From an uncultured Gemmatimonadales bacterium (GTDB taxonomy: Bacteria; Gemmatimonadota; Gemmatimonadetes; Gemmatimonadales; GWC2-71-9), in the NCBI GenBank assembly GCA_963795085.1, contig CAWCFX010000002.1, positions 352,001 to 416,000 on the forward strand: 64,000 nt of DNA, written 5' to 3'. Under the pieces are notes generated by a model that saw only the letters and a list, made by a program, of their open reading frames with translations, made no database searches and was not told the DNA's origin. The first letter of the stretch is position 1. Each line of letters opens with the position of its first letter. Below are positions 21,796-32,450 of the stretch, piece by piece. The position numbers and the translations under genes are program-made.

Positions 21796-22958
21796 ACGAG
21801 CCGGCCTGGTTCGTCTCGGTGGCAGGGCGGGACCCCTCGGTGCCCCTGGCCCTGGCCGCGATCGCTTCGGCGGCCGGCCCCGGCGGTGAGGTGGCCCTCA
21901 ACGAGCTGGTCCGGGTCTACCGGGAAACCTATCTCCGGTGCTGCGCCGAGAGCGGCATCCCGGTGAGCCTGGAATTGTCGGGAGACCAGGTCCGCGCCAA
22001 CCTGACCAACTCGGTCCTCCCCCGCCTGGCCACGGAAGGGTTCGTGAGCCCGCTGGCCGATGAACGGGTACGGGCCCTCGGCGACTGGTGGACCGAGGTC
22101 TCCGCCGATCCTGAAGCCGGCCGGGCCTGGCTGCTGCAGCGGGCGGTCGAAGCCATGAAGCACGCCGGCTCGACCAGCGGCGCCCACCGCATCGTGGCGG
22201 GCCCGGTCAGCGTGCTGGAAGGCGTGGGACTCGGCAAGAGCTTCAAGCGGCGCAGAGTGGTGGACGATGTCTCGGTCCGGGTAGAGCAGGGGGAGATCGT
22301 CGGATTGCTGGGCCCCAACGGCGCCGGCAAGACCACCACCTTCTACCTGATCACCGGTCTGATCCGCCCCGATGCCGGCGAGGTCCGGCTGGACGGCACG
22401 GACCTGACCGGGTACCCGATGTACAAGCGGGCCCGGGCCGGCATCGGCTACCTGGCGCAGGAACCCTCGGTGTTCCGGAAAATGACTGTCGAGGAGAATA
22501 TCATCGCCATTCTGGAAACCATGCCGTTGACCCGGGACGAGCGGGCCCGCCGGCTGGAGACCATGCTGGACGAGTTGTCCATCAAGCATTTGCGGAAGGC
22601 CAGGGCATATTCCCTGAGCGGCGGCGAGCGCCGCCGGCTGGAGATCACCCGGGCGCTGGTGACCAGTCCCAAGTTCATGCTGCTGGATGAGCCGTTCGCC
22701 GGGGTGGACCCGATCGCCGTGCACGACATCCAGACCATCGTCGCCGGGCTGCGGCACCGCGGGCTGGGCGTCCTGATCACCGACCATAACGTGGAACAGA
22801 CCCTCGATATCGTGGATCGCGCATACATCATGTTTGAAGGCAAGGTGCAGGTATCCGGCTCCGTCCGCGAGCTGGTGTACGACGACCGGGTGGCCGAGCT
22901 GTATCTCGGCCCCACGCTGACGTCGCGGCTGCGCTCCCGACTGGAGGCTGTCGCGTGA
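21792..22958 (+). CDS. lptB: LPS export ABC ATPase LptB with an approximately 140-aa N-terminal extension
   Basis: [61 protein letters not shown] overlap with lptA. Confidence 0.93.
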   Translation: MNEPAWFVSVAGRDPSVPLALAAIASAAGPGGEVALNELVRVYRETYLRCCAESGIPVSLELSGDQVRANLTNSVLPRLATEGFVSPLADERVRALGDWWTEVSADPEAGRAWLLQRAVEAMKHAGSTSGAHRIVAGPVSVLEGVGLGKSFKRRRVVDDVSVRVEQGEIVGLLGPNGAGKTTTFYLITGLIRPDAGEVRLDGTDLTGYPMYKRARAGIGYLAQEPSVFRKMTVEENIIAILETMPLTRDERARRLETMLDELSIKHLRKARAYSLSGGERRRLEITRALVTSPKFMLLDEPFAGVDPIAVHDIQTIVAGLRHRGLGVLITDHNVEQTLDIVDRAYIMFEGKVQVSGSVRELVYDDRVAELYLGPTLTSRLRSRLEAVA

Positions 22959-24469
22959 AAACCGGTCTCTCGCAGCACACCAGCCTCCGGCAGGACCTCC
23001 GGATCAATCCCCGGCTCTACCAGGCCATGGACATGCTGTACATGCCCATGATGGACCTGCAGCAGCACCTGAAACAGGAGCTGCTGGTCAACCCGTTCCT
23101 CGAGCTGCTGGAACCGGAGGAGGACGAAGGGCAGGACCAGGCCACCCAGGAGCAGCAGGAAAAGGAAGAGACCAAGAAAGAGGACGAGACCGACTGGGAA
23201 GAGATCCTCCTCAACGGGTTCGAAGTGGGCGGGATGAAGGAGCAGTACGAGGAAAAGGAGTACATCGAGCCGGTGACGGTGGAGACCCGGGACCTCCAGG
23301 ACCACCTGCGCGAGCAGTTGACCATGATGCACCTGACGCCGCGCCAGTTGCTGCTGGCCGAGGAATTCCTGGGCAATATCAAGGATGATGGTTACCTCGC
23401 CGCATCGCCCGAGGAGATCATCGGCAGCGTGAACGAGTTGATGCGGGGTTACACCGCCAGGTCGATCGACGCCGCCCCGGAGCTGGACGAGTTCGGCAAT
23501 GAAATCGAACCCGACCCGTCGCTCCCGGCCGAGGTGGTCCCCGAGTTCTACACCATGGCCGAAGTCGAGGAAATGCTCCACATCGTCCAGAAGCTGGACC
23601 CGCCCGGCGTGGGCGCCCGCGACCTGCGCGAGTGCCTCCTCCTCCAGATGCGGGAAATAACCGACACCGAGTCCCTCACCTACCGCCTGGTGGAGGAAGC
23701 CTTCCCGGATCTCATCGCCCACCGCTGGAACGACCTGGCCAAGCGCTTCAGCGTGGAGCCACAGGCGGTCCAGGCGGCCGCCGACCGGCTGGCCCAGTTC
23801 GATCCCAAGCCGGGCCTCAAGTATTCCGGCAAGGATGACGGGTACATCACGCCCGACCTCATCGTGGACAAGATCGACGGGCGCTATCACGTCTTCCTCA
23901 ACGACACCGGCTATCCGCGGCTCCGGCTCAGCCGCTCCTACCAGGAACTGGCGCGGGACAAGAAAAAACTCACGCCGGAAAACCGCGAGTTCATCGCCAC
24001 CAAGATGAACAGCGCCAACTGGATGATCCAGGCCCTGGAGCAGCGCCGGCAGACCATGCTCAAGGTCATGAACTTCATCGTGGACCGGCAGCGGGACTTC
24101 TTCGAGAAGGGCATCGAGCATCTCCGGCCGCTGACCCTGCGGGAGGTGGCCGAGGTCATCAACATGCACGAGTCCACCGTGAGCCGGGTGACCAACGAGA
24201 AATACGTCCAGACGCCCCGTGGCGTGCTGCCGCTCAAGTTCTTCTTCTCCAGCGCCCTCTCCACCACCTCGGGCGAAGATGCCAGCGCCCGCTCCATCCG
24301 GGCCAAGCTGCAGAAAATGGTGGGCGAGGAGAAAAGCTCCGGCCCGCTCACCGACCAGCAGATCGTCCAGCTCTTCCAGGAGCAGGGTATCCAGATCGCC
24401 CGGCGCACGGTGGCCAAGTACCGGGACCAGCTGGGGATCCTGCCGGCCCGGATGCGGAAACGGGTGTGA
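22955..24469 (+). CDS. rpoN: RNA polymerase sigma-54 factor
   Basis: [30 protein letters not shown], and the RpoN box ARRTVAKYR. Confidence 0.97.
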   Translation: MKTGLSQHTSLRQDLRINPRLYQAMDMLYMPMMDLQQHLKQELLVNPFLELLEPEEDEGQDQATQEQQEKEETKKEDETDWEEILLNGFEVGGMKEQYEEKEYIEPVTVETRDLQDHLREQLTMMHLTPRQLLLAEEFLGNIKDDGYLAASPEEIIGSVNELMRGYTARSIDAAPELDEFGNEIEPDPSLPAEVVPEFYTMAEVEEMLHIVQKLDPPGVGARDLRECLLLQMREITDTESLTYRLVEEAFPDLIAHRWNDLAKRFSVEPQAVQAAADRLAQFDPKPGLKYSGKDDGYITPDLIVDKIDGRYHVFLNDTGYPRLRLSRSYQELARDKKKLTPENREFIATKMNSANWMIQALEQRRQTMLKVMNFIVDRQRDFFEKGIEHLRPLTLREVAEVINMHESTVSRVTNEKYVQTPRGVLPLKFFFSSALSTTSGEDASARSIRAKLQKMVGEEKSSGPLTDQQIVQLFQEQGIQIARRTVAKYRDQLGILPARMRKRV

Positions 24470-25425
24470 CCGCCGTCGCCCGGCCGGACGGGGTGGACGT
24501 CAGCGTCCTGGTCCCGGCCAAGGACGAAGCCGAGAACCTCCCGGAGTTCGTCCGGCTCTGCGCCGAGGCGCTGGGGCCCGCGCCGTTCAGCTTCGAGGTG
24601 GTGGTGGTCAACGATGGTTCGCGCGATGGAACCGCGCAGGTCCTCGAGGACCTGTCCCGCGCGCACGGGTTCCTGCGGGTGGTCACCCACCGGCGCCAGC
24701 GGGGCATCGCCGACGCCCTGCGCTCCGCCGGCGAGGCCGCGGCGGGCGATGTCTTCGTCTTCTACCCGGCCGACCTGCAGTACCTGCCCCAGGATATCCC
24801 CCCGCTGGTGGCACCCATCCTCGCCGACCAGGCCGATATCGTCACCGGCACCAAGCAGGGCAAGTACGAAAAGGCGTTTGTCTCCGGTATCTACAACCGG
24901 CTCTGCCGGCTGCTGTTCGGCGTCAACGTCACGGACCTGAACTCGGTCAAGGCGTACCGGCGCGAAATCATGGCTGGCCAGCCGCTCCGGCCCGACTGGC
25001 ACCGGTACATGGTGGTGATTGCCGCCGCCGACGGCTTCCGGCTCACGTCTCAGCCGGTGCCACTCTATCCCCGCCGCGCCGGCACCTCCAAGTTCACCTG
25101 GCGGCGGATTCCGGTCGGGGTGCTCGACCTGCTCTCGGTCTGGTTCCAGCTCAAGTTCGGCCGCAAGCCGCTGCTCTTCTTCGGGGTCCTTGGCGCCGTC
25201 CTCTTCTCCATCGGGTTCCTGGCCGGCGTAGCCGGGCTGGTGCTCCGCTATGGGTACGGCATCGGGTTCCGGCCACTGCTCAACCTGGTCGAAACCATGG
25301 TAATCAGCGGGATCGCCCTGTTCGGCTTTGGCTTCGTGGGCGAGATGGTGGCAGGCATGCGGGAGGAAACGAGAGAATTGGCCCGGGAGGTCCGTGCGAA
25401 CGGCAGTCCCCCGAAATCGGAGTGA
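24466..25425 (+). CDS. GT2 glycosyltransferase with two C-terminal TM helices (ArnC/GtrB-like polyprenol-phosphate glycosyltransferase)
   Basis: VSVLVPAKDE, VVNDGSRDGT, ADLQY.P.DIP, DLNSVKAYRR, HRYM, R.AGTSKF, and a C-terminal TM hairpin. Confidence 0.85.
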   Translation: MTAVARPDGVDVSVLVPAKDEAENLPEFVRLCAEALGPAPFSFEVVVVNDGSRDGTAQVLEDLSRAHGFLRVVTHRRQRGIADALRSAGEAAAGDVFVFYPADLQYLPQDIPPLVAPILADQADIVTGTKQGKYEKAFVSGIYNRLCRLLFGVNVTDLNSVKAYRREIMAGQPLRPDWHRYMVVIAAADGFRLTSQPVPLYPRRAGTSKFTWRRIPVGVLDLLSVWFQLKFGRKPLLFFGVLGAVLFSIGFLAGVAGLVLRYGYGIGFRPLLNLVETMVISGIALFGFGFVGEMVAGMREETRELAREVRANGSPPKSE

Positions 25426-25749
25426 GGCGTTCGTACCCACCATACCTGTCGGCATTAAAAGCCTCTCAGCACTGACGAGGACATTTCGTTTGGGCGCCCG
25501 CCCAGACCCAGGGATTGCCTTGCCACGTCGGGCGTTCTCAATCCCCGTTTTTAGTCCACCAAGCGTCTCAGAAGGGAACTCCAGCGCAGGCCCTTCACCC
25601 TAGACATTCGTGACGTCCTAAGGCATTGGTGACATGATGGAATTACGCCTCAGTCCTTGTCGGATGGATTCACGTCCCTTGCGGAATGCGATTTCGGCAG
25701 ATATGCTGGGAAATCGATCCTTCGGCAACCTCAAGCCAATAGAGCTAGC

Positions 25750-27183
25750 ATGGGAATCCGCCGGGTCTGGCGTGCGATCGCATTAAGCCTCACTCTTTCC
25801 TGCGGCGGAGCGGATGGAGGCGGCGGAGGTGGACCCAGCAATACCCTTGTGGTTACACCCCAGGTTCTCAACCTCCTCGATTGCGAAATTGATCAGATCT
25901 CGGCGACTCTCCATGACGGGGATGGGAACCCTGTCGTGGGAGCAACCTTTGTCTATAACTCCACCGCGCCGGGGGTCGCGACAATAGCTGGAGGCACCGT
26001 GACGGCGGTGTCAGTGGGATCGGCCAACATCATCGTCACCAGCGGCCAGTTGGCGGATACGGTGGTCGTGACCGTTGCCTCGGCGCCGAACACCTTGGCC
26101 ATCAATCCGGACTCTCTCGCCGTATTCGAAGGCGTCAGCCGACAGGTGTTACCCACCTTCCTCACATGCCATGGCGGGGCCCCGGTAGGGTCCCCGCTCA
26201 CTTATCAATCCAATGATCCACTGATCGCGACGTATGTCGCGGGGACTTTCACGGCCATCGATCCGGGAACCACGACCCTCACCGTAACTGATGGAACCGT
26301 GAGTGATTCTTTCAAGCTGACGGTGCGGCATACCCCGGTCCTGACCGGTTCTCCGTTGGTCGGAAGCCGTCCGTTTGGGATCGCGGCATCGGCGACCCGG
26401 GCATACGTTACACGGCTGGACGCGGCTGCCGTTTCAGCTGCCCTCTTGCCCGGATCCGCCTTCGATCCGACCGGTTTTGCGGTGGGGTCCATCCCGACTG
26501 ACGTGGCCTTCAGTCCTTCCGGGCTCAAGGCTTACGTTACCAATCAGGGTGACAACACGATTGGCGTGATCGATGTCACGTCCGCGACGCAGACCGACAC
26601 CATCCAGACCGGGGGCTCTCCCCTGCGGGTACTGTTCAACGTCACGGGAGACCGGGCTTTTGTGACCACCACCGCGGGCCAAATGCACGTCATCAACACC
26701 ACAACTGACGCAATCATCGCAACCGTCCCGGTCCAGGGGACGCCCAACGGGATGGTCTTCAGCAACGACGGCAGCCGGCTCTACGTCAGTCACACAGGCG
26801 GCAATATTCATGTCATCGATGCCCTCTCCTACGTCCCTACCGACACCTTGTTCCTCGGGGGAACTCTGCAGGACATCGGAATGTCAGCCGATGGGCTGAC
26901 TCTGTATATCGCCGACGAGAACGGCTTCATTCGGCACTGGAACCTGGTGGCAGACAACGTGACACTTTCGCAACCAATTGCCGGTTTCGGGTTGAAAGTC
27001 GCTCCCAACAAGCACCTGATTTACGTGGCAAGTGGAGGAACGGTAACACTGATTGATGCAGCCTCCCACGAGGTCGTGAATTCTATTATCGTGGGCGGTA
27101 ACGCACGGCGGATTGCTTTTAGCCCCGATGGACTCACGGCCTTCGTGGCGAATGAAGGGGGGTATGTCAGCGTGATTCAGTAG
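25750..27183 (+). CDS. Lipoprotein with two Ig-like (Big_2) domains and a YVTN/YncE beta-propeller
   Basis: Lipobox TLS-C with a Gly linker, YNSTAPGVAT and YQSNDPLIAT Ig motifs, blade repeats AYVTR, AYVTNQ, AFVT, LYVS and AFVANE. Confidence 0.8.
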   Translation: MGIRRVWRAIALSLTLSCGGADGGGGGGPSNTLVVTPQVLNLLDCEIDQISATLHDGDGNPVVGATFVYNSTAPGVATIAGGTVTAVSVGSANIIVTSGQLADTVVVTVASAPNTLAINPDSLAVFEGVSRQVLPTFLTCHGGAPVGSPLTYQSNDPLIATYVAGTFTAIDPGTTTLTVTDGTVSDSFKLTVRHTPVLTGSPLVGSRPFGIAASATRAYVTRLDAAAVSAALLPGSAFDPTGFAVGSIPTDVAFSPSGLKAYVTNQGDNTIGVIDVTSATQTDTIQTGGSPLRVLFNVTGDRAFVTTTAGQMHVINTTTDAIIATVPVQGTPNGMVFSNDGSRLYVSHTGGNIHVIDALSYVPTDTLFLGGTLQDIGMSADGLTLYIADENGFIRHWNLVADNVTLSQPIAGFGLKVAPNKHLIYVASGGTVTLIDAASHEVVNSIIVGGNARRIAFSPDGLTAFVANEGGYVSVIQ

Positions 27184-27294
27184 TCGTGGCCCCCTCATAC
27201 CGCCGAAATGTCGGCGGCAGCCGGATGGCGGTGGTAGCGAACGGCAGTACCACGTCTAGGGTGGCAATCCAGTAGTCTCAATCCACGGAGCCAC

Positions 27295-28293
27295 ATGGCA
27301 TCTCCCCTGATTCAGAACGCGTTCGCTATAGCGTGCCTGGTACTCGCTGCATGTAGCACCAGCCCGGGAGAGCCGGATGTCGATCTGGATGACGCCAGCG
27401 AAGGTTTCGGGCTCGAAGCCGCCGCAACCCATCCGGCCGGCGTGGTCGCGGCCACCGTGCCGCTGGGTTCCCGGCCATTCGGAATAGCAGTCTCCCGGGA
27501 ACGCGCCTACTACGTCACCAGGCTCGATGCGGCAGCCATGGCGCGGGGAACCTTCCCGGGTATGTCCTTCCCCGGCTCCGTCGCGGTAGGGACCATTCCG
27601 ACCAACGTGACTTTTAACCCGGGTGCAACCAGGGCCTACGTGACCAACCAGTTCGATGGTGCGGTTGGAATCGTGGACGTCGCGACCAACACCCAGATCG
27701 GAACGATCTCGATCGGTGGAAATCCTTTCTTCTCCCTGGTCAATGCCAGCGCGACTCGACTCTACGTGAGCAACAACGCCAACACGGTCGCGGTGGTGAA
27801 CCTGGCGAACAACACGGTGGTGACGGCGATACCCATGCCGGGCGCACCCAACGGAATGGCCTTCAGCAAGAACGGTACGCGGTTGTACGTGAGCGTTCCT
27901 GTGGCGGGGGCCGTGGTTGAAATAAACACCACCACGAATGCCGCGACCCGGACCTTCAACATTGGCGGCATTCCCCAGGATCTGGCAGTCGTCAACGGTG
28001 AGTTGTGGGTGGCCAATGAAGCCGGCTCTCTGGACGTGATCACCCTGAGCAGTGGAGCCCTGGCGACCAGCATTCCGCTGCCTGCTGGGGGCTTCGGGTT
28101 GGCTGTTTCGCCCGATCTGGCGCAGGTCTACGTCACCCAGCCTGGGGGGTACCTGACAGTCGTGAATCGGGTGGCGAGGGCCGTGATTACCACGCTTACC
28201 CTGGGCGGGACACCGCGGAAAGTCGCTTTCAACGGGCCGGGAACGCTGGCTATTGTCGCAAACGAGGCGGGCTGGGTGGACTTCATCAACTAG
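27295..28293 (+). CDS. YVTN/YncE-family beta-propeller lipoprotein
   Basis: Lipobox LAA-C, YVTN-type repeats, paralogous to the propeller of the upstream gene (GSRPFGIA.S, YVTRLDAAA, VG.IPT.V.F). GGAG RBS. Confidence 0.85.
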   Translation: MASPLIQNAFAIACLVLAACSTSPGEPDVDLDDASEGFGLEAAATHPAGVVAATVPLGSRPFGIAVSRERAYYVTRLDAAAMARGTFPGMSFPGSVAVGTIPTNVTFNPGATRAYVTNQFDGAVGIVDVATNTQIGTISIGGNPFFSLVNASATRLYVSNNANTVAVVNLANNTVVTAIPMPGAPNGMAFSKNGTRLYVSVPVAGAVVEINTTTNAATRTFNIGGIPQDLAVVNGELWVANEAGSLDVITLSSGALATSIPLPAGGFGLAVSPDLAQVYVTQPGGYLTVVNRVARAVITTLTLGGTPRKVAFNGPGTLAIVANEAGWVDFIN

Positions 28294-28343
28294 GAAGCCC
28301 GCAACCTTCTCCCCCGGCTCAAGGTGCACTAGCTTCCCGGTCC

Positions 28344-29525
28344 ATGCGCATCCTGGTGGTCACCCATAACTACCCCCGCTTTCCTGGCGACCCGGCGGGG
28401 GCTTTTGTTGCCCGGATCGCACGCGGCGCGGCCGGGCAGGGGATGGACGTTTCGGTTCTGGCGCCGCATGCACCCGGCACCGCCGAGCAGGAAGAGGACG
28501 GGCCGGTCACACTGCGCCGGTTCCGCTACGGACCCGAGTCCCTGGAACGGGTGGCCTACACCGGCGACCTGCACCGCAGCACCCTCCGCTCACCCCTGGC
28601 GGCCCTGGCCTTCCCGGCCTTCCTGCTGGCCTTCCGGCGGGCAATTCGCCGGGCGGTCCTTAACTTCGCCCCGGACGTGGTGCATGCCCATTGGTGGATA
28701 CCCGGAGGCTGGCTTGCCTCGAAGACCGGAATCCCTTTCATCGTGACCTGCCACGGGAGCGATGTCCGCCTCCTCGAAAAATGGGGCCCTTTGCGCCGCC
28801 TGGCCCGGCCGGTCTTCGCACGGGCCGCCGCCATCACCACCGTCTCGGTGTTCCTGGCCCAGGACCTTCGCCGGCTCTTGAAGATGGACCTGGCCCACCT
28901 CGTCGTGCGGCCCATGCCGGTGGATACCGATTGGTTCGCATCCGGCCGGGATGTCGCGCGAGCCACCCCGCCCCGGATCCTCTACGCCGGCAACCTGGTG
29001 CCCAGCAAGGGCGTGGATGTGCTGATCCGTGCCTACGCGCTGCTCCGCCACCGGGGCGTCGACTGCGGGTTGCGCATCCTGGGCGAAGGGCCGGAACTCC
29101 CCGCCCTGCGCCGGCTGGCTCAGTCCCTCGGCGCCGCCGATATCCAATGGTCCGGCTTCGTCCCCCAGGCCAGGATGCCCGAGGAGTACGGGCAGAGCAG
29201 CGTGACGGTCCTTCCCACCCGGGGTGATGCCGAAGGCCTGGGATTGACCCTGGTGGAAGCGCTGCTGGCCGGGTCGGCGGTCGTGGGCACCCGCGCCGGC
29301 GGGATCCCCGAGGTCATCCAGCACGAGGTGACCGGGCTCCTGGTCGAGGAATCGGTCGAGAGCCTGGCCGATGCCCTGCAGCGCCTGCTCGCCGATCCGG
29401 CCCTCCGCACCAGGCTGGGTCTCGCCGGCCAGGCGCACGCCAAATCCCGCTTCTCGGCCCCGGCAGCCATCGACGCCTTCATGGCGCTCTATCACGATGT
29501 CGCTCAGCATAACCCGGTCCACTGA
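28344..29525 (+). CDS. GT4 glycosyltransferase
   Basis: MRILVVTHNYP, VVHAHW, TCHGSD, KGVDVLI, and EGLGLTLVEA (EX7E). Confidence 0.9.
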   Translation: MRILVVTHNYPRFPGDPAGAFVARIARGAAGQGMDVSVLAPHAPGTAEQEEDGPVTLRRFRYGPESLERVAYTGDLHRSTLRSPLAALAFPAFLLAFRRAIRRAVLNFAPDVVHAHWWIPGGWLASKTGIPFIVTCHGSDVRLLEKWGPLRRLARPVFARAAAITTVSVFLAQDLRRLLKMDLAHLVVRPMPVDTDWFASGRDVARATPPRILYAGNLVPSKGVDVLIRAYALLRHRGVDCGLRILGEGPELPALRRLAQSLGAADIQWSGFVPQARMPEEYGQSSVTVLPTRGDAEGLGLTLVEALLAGSAVVGTRAGGIPEVIQHEVTGLLVEESVESLADALQRLLADPALRTRLGLAGQAHAKSRFSAPAAIDAFMALYHDVAQHNPVH

Positions 29526-30543
29526 GCCGCCCGAGTCCTGGGCGACGCTGGCCCGGGAGCGGGGGCGGTTCTATCACCACCCCCTGTGGGTGACGCTGCT
29601 GGCGCGCACCTACCGCTACCCGCTGCATTGCCTGACCGCGATGCGGGAGGGCCACGCCGTCGGGGCCCTCGCACTGGCCGAAGTCCCCGGCATCCTCGGC
29701 CGCCGCCGTCTCGTCAGCCTGCCATTCAGCTACGCGGCGGGTCCCGTCGCCGAGAGCGAGGCAGCCGAGCGCCTCCTGGTGCACTCGGCGCGGGAGGTGG
29801 CGGAGTCGGGCAGGGTGGCCCGACTCGAGATCAAACAGCGTGCGCCTCTCGCACCGGAGCCGGCCGGCGGACTGCAGCGGGTCCAGCATTACTCCACCTA
29901 CCTGCTCGATACCTCCGGCGGAGAAAGCCGGGTCTGGGAGCGATTCCACGCCGGCAGCACCCGTCGCGGTATCCGGAAAGCGGAAAAGGAGGGGGTACAG
30001 GTCGTTCGCGGGACTTCCGCCGAGGACTGGTTGATCATGGCCCGGCTGGAAGAAGAAACCGCCCATCGCCACGGCGTGCCCGCGCCCCCCCGGCGATTCT
30101 TCCTGGAGGCGTGTCCGGCGCTCCAGGCCGCGGGCCTGGCCGATCTCTATCTCGCGCGGCTCGCCACCGGTGCCACCGCGGCCGGCATTGTCGTCTGGAA
30201 AGGTCCCCGGGAGTGGATCTACGCCTACGGCGCCTCCCGGCCGGAAACGTTGCCGTCCCGTCCCAATCACATCCTGCTCTGGACCGCCATCAAGGATGCC
30301 ATGCAGGCGGAAGTCTGGTTCGATTTCGGTCGCGCCGCCCCCGAGCAACAGGGGCTGGTCGAGTTCAAGCTGCGCTGGGGTGGACAGCCGGTTCCCCTTT
30401 CATATGATTATTGGCCTCGACCGGGTGGGCTCAATGTTGCCGATCGCTCCACCGGCGGACTGGCCCTCGCCGCCGGTCTCTGGTCGCGCCTGCCTGCACG
30501 TCTCACCGGGGCCGGCTCATTTCTCTATCGCTACCTGGGGTAA
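29497..30543 (+). CDS. FemAB-like GNAT acyl/aminoacyl-transferase (polysaccharide-associated)
   Basis: FYHHP.W, LVSLPF, RRGIRKAEKEG, YAYGAS, PNHILLW, FDFGR, GL.EFK.RWG. Confidence 0.8.
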   Translation: MSLSITRSTEPPESWATLARERGRFYHHPLWVTLLARTYRYPLHCLTAMREGHAVGALALAEVPGILGRRRLVSLPFSYAAGPVAESEAAERLLVHSAREVAESGRVARLEIKQRAPLAPEPAGGLQRVQHYSTYLLDTSGGESRVWERFHAGSTRRGIRKAEKEGVQVVRGTSAEDWLIMARLEEETAHRHGVPAPPRRFFLEACPALQAAGLADLYLARLATGATAAGIVVWKGPREWIYAYGASRPETLPSRPNHILLWTAIKDAMQAEVWFDFGRAAPEQQGLVEFKLRWGGQPVPLSYDYWPRPGGLNVADRSTGGLALAAGLWSRLPARLTGAGSFLYRYLG

Positions 30544-30546
30544 CGG

Positions 30547-31014
30547 GTGTCATACCTCCTGCGCCGGATCCGGAAAAAGGTGCTGAAGCGCTGGGCCCGG
30601 AATGCATTCTTTCCCGGCTGGCGGGTAACCCTGCTCCGGTGGTGCGGCGTCACCATCGGACGGGACGTGTACATCGCCGACGATTTCATCCTGGTCGAGG
30701 AGCTGGCAGGCGATGACCGGGTGGTCATCGGAGACCGGGTCAGCGTCGCCCCCCGGGTCACCTTGGTGACATCGTCCCATCCCAACAACTCCCGGATCCG
30801 GGAGTTCGCTCCCGTAACCCGGGGACCGGTGACCATCGAGGCAGACGCCTGGATCGGCGCCGGGGCCATCATTCTGCCCGGTGTCACCGTGGGTCGCGGG
30901 GCGGTGGTCGGCGCCCTCAGTGTGGTGGCGGCCGATGTCGCTCCACTCACCGTCGTCGCGGGCCAGCCCGCCCGGGCCATCCGGGTCCTCAACCCACCGC
31001 CCGGCTGGTCGTGA
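30547..31014 (+). CDS. Hexapeptide-repeat (left-handed beta-helix) O-acyltransferase
   Basis: VTIGRDVYI, VVIGDRVSVAP, VTIEADAWIGAGAIILPGVTVG, VAGQPAR. Confidence 0.9.
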   Translation: MSYLLRRIRKKVLKRWARNAFFPGWRVTLLRWCGVTIGRDVYIADDFILVEELAGDDRVVIGDRVSVAPRVTLVTSSHPNNSRIREFAPVTRGPVTIEADAWIGAGAIILPGVTVGRGAVVGALSVVAADVAPLTVVAGQPARAIRVLNPPPGWS

Positions 31015-32450
31015 TCGACATCCGGGCCGCGCGCTCCCGCCTCTCACCGCTCGAGCAGTTTGGTCTCATGGTGCTGGTGGACCTCTCCGGGCTGCTGCCG
31101 GTGGAGGGATCGCCGGCTCCGGTGGTCCGCCTTGAGTTGGCCGAGTCCGGGGAGGCCCAGGACTGGGCGCCGCCGGTTCTCGCGGGGAGCGATGGCGCCG
31201 TCACCGTGGAGCGGGCTACGCTCCGCAAGGCGGGGGCCCTGGCCGGCGCCGTGGCCGAGCAGGAGAGCACCGCGAGGGACCGGCATGGCCGCGTCCCCTC
31301 CTCGGAGAATCCGCTGGTCCGCGCCGGCCAGGAGCGCTCGCCCTGGGTCAGCCGCGCCGCCCGGTCCCTGCGGGAGGCTGTGCTCTCCCATGCGGGCGGA
31401 CGACCGGTGCGCACCATTGCTCCCTGGCCCGGGGGCCGCCGCTGGGCCGCGGCCTTCACCCATGACCTCGATGTCGCCCGGCTCTGGCCCCTCTTCACCG
31501 GCCAGCGGCTGTTCGAGCTGGGCCGGAAGCGACAACTCGCCAGGATCGCCCGCGTCTTGCGAACCCTCCCCGGTTCGTTCATCGGCAACCCGGTGCGAGC
31601 CGGGGTCGAGGAGATTCTCGCGATCGAAGCGGAACACGGCGTTGCGTCCACCTGGTTTGTCATCGCCGGAGTCCCGTCCATCCGCTCCACCCTGCAGGGA
31701 GACGTGACCTACTCGGTGGAGACACCGGAAACCCGGCGGCTGCTCGCCTCCGTCGCCGCGGCAGGCCACGAGATCGGGCTGCATGGCAGCTTCGCGACCT
31801 GGCAGGACGGGGCGGTCATGGCCGGCGAAACCGATCGCCTCCGGGCGGCCGCCGGCGTCCCGGTGACGGGCATTCGGCAGCATTTCCTGCGCATGCGCCC
31901 CGGGATAACCCAGCGGGCGATGCAGCAAGCGGGGTTCAGCTACGATGCGACCTACGGGTTCCCCGACCGGAACGGGTTTCGGCTCGGCGCCGCCGACATC
32001 GTGCCCGCCTGGGACCAGCAGGAGACCCGGGTGCCCGGCCTCGATGAGGTGCCGCTGACCTGGATGGACCGGGCCCTGAGCAAGTACGGCGGGATCGAGG
32101 ATCCGGCGCGCTGGGTGGACGACGGTCTCGAACTCGCCCGGACCGCCGAGGCGGAGCAGGGTCTCTGGGTCGGGCTGTGGCATCCCAACCTGACCGAGGC
32201 CCTCGGCTTCCCGGGCGCACTCGCGGAATACCGCCGCCTGGTCACCCTGGTGCAGGAGCGGGCACCCTTTGTTGCGCCCTTGAATACCATCGTCGCGTGG
32301 CGCCGGGCCCGGCGGTCGCTCGTGGCGCGCGAGGTCTCCGCCGCCGGGGCACCCCGGCTGGCCGCAACGATACGAGGCCACTGGGACGTGACCCTGGAGG
32401 ACGGATGCGGCAATCCCCTGGAGCGCCTCTCCTGGCCGGACGCCGCATGA
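31011..32450 (+). CDS. Polysaccharide deacetylase-like (NodB-fold) protein
   Basis: FTHDLD, STWFV, GHEIGLHGS, GIRQHFLR, YDATYG...GFR.G, VPLTWMD, LWHP. Confidence 0.8.
   Translation: MIDIRAARSRLSPLEQFGLMVLVDLSGLLPVEGSPAPVVRLELAESGEAQDWAPPVLAGSDGAVTVERATLRKAGALAGAVAEQESTARDRHGRVPSSENPLVRAGQERSPWVSRAARSLREAVLSHAGGRPVRTIAPWPGGRRWAAAFTHDLDVARLWPLFTGQRLFELGRKRQLARIARVLRTLPGSFIGNPVRAGVEEILAIEAEHGVASTWFVIAGVPSIRSTLQGDVTYSVETPETRRLLASVAAAGHEIGLHGSFATWQDGAVMAGETDRLRAAAGVPVTGIRQHFLRMRPGITQRAMQQAGFSYDATYGFPDRNGFRLGAADIVPAWDQQETRVPGLDEVPLTWMDRALSKYGGIEDPARWVDDGLELARTAEAEQGLWVGLWHPNLTEALGFPGALAEYRRLVTLVQERAPFVAPLNTIVAWRRARRSLVAREVSAAGAPRLAATIRGHWDVTLEDGCGNPLERLSWPDAA

Noticed and set aside
25470..25500. 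CTGACGAG as a hammerhead ribozyme core
   Set aside because: There is no stem II closed by GAAA and no matching stems I and III.
25419..25656. 11/12-bp inverted repeats (GGAGTGAGGCGT and ACGCCTCAGTCC) as MITE ends
   Set aside because: They are short, one arm overlaps the GT2 stop codon, and there is no target-site duplication or second copy in the window.
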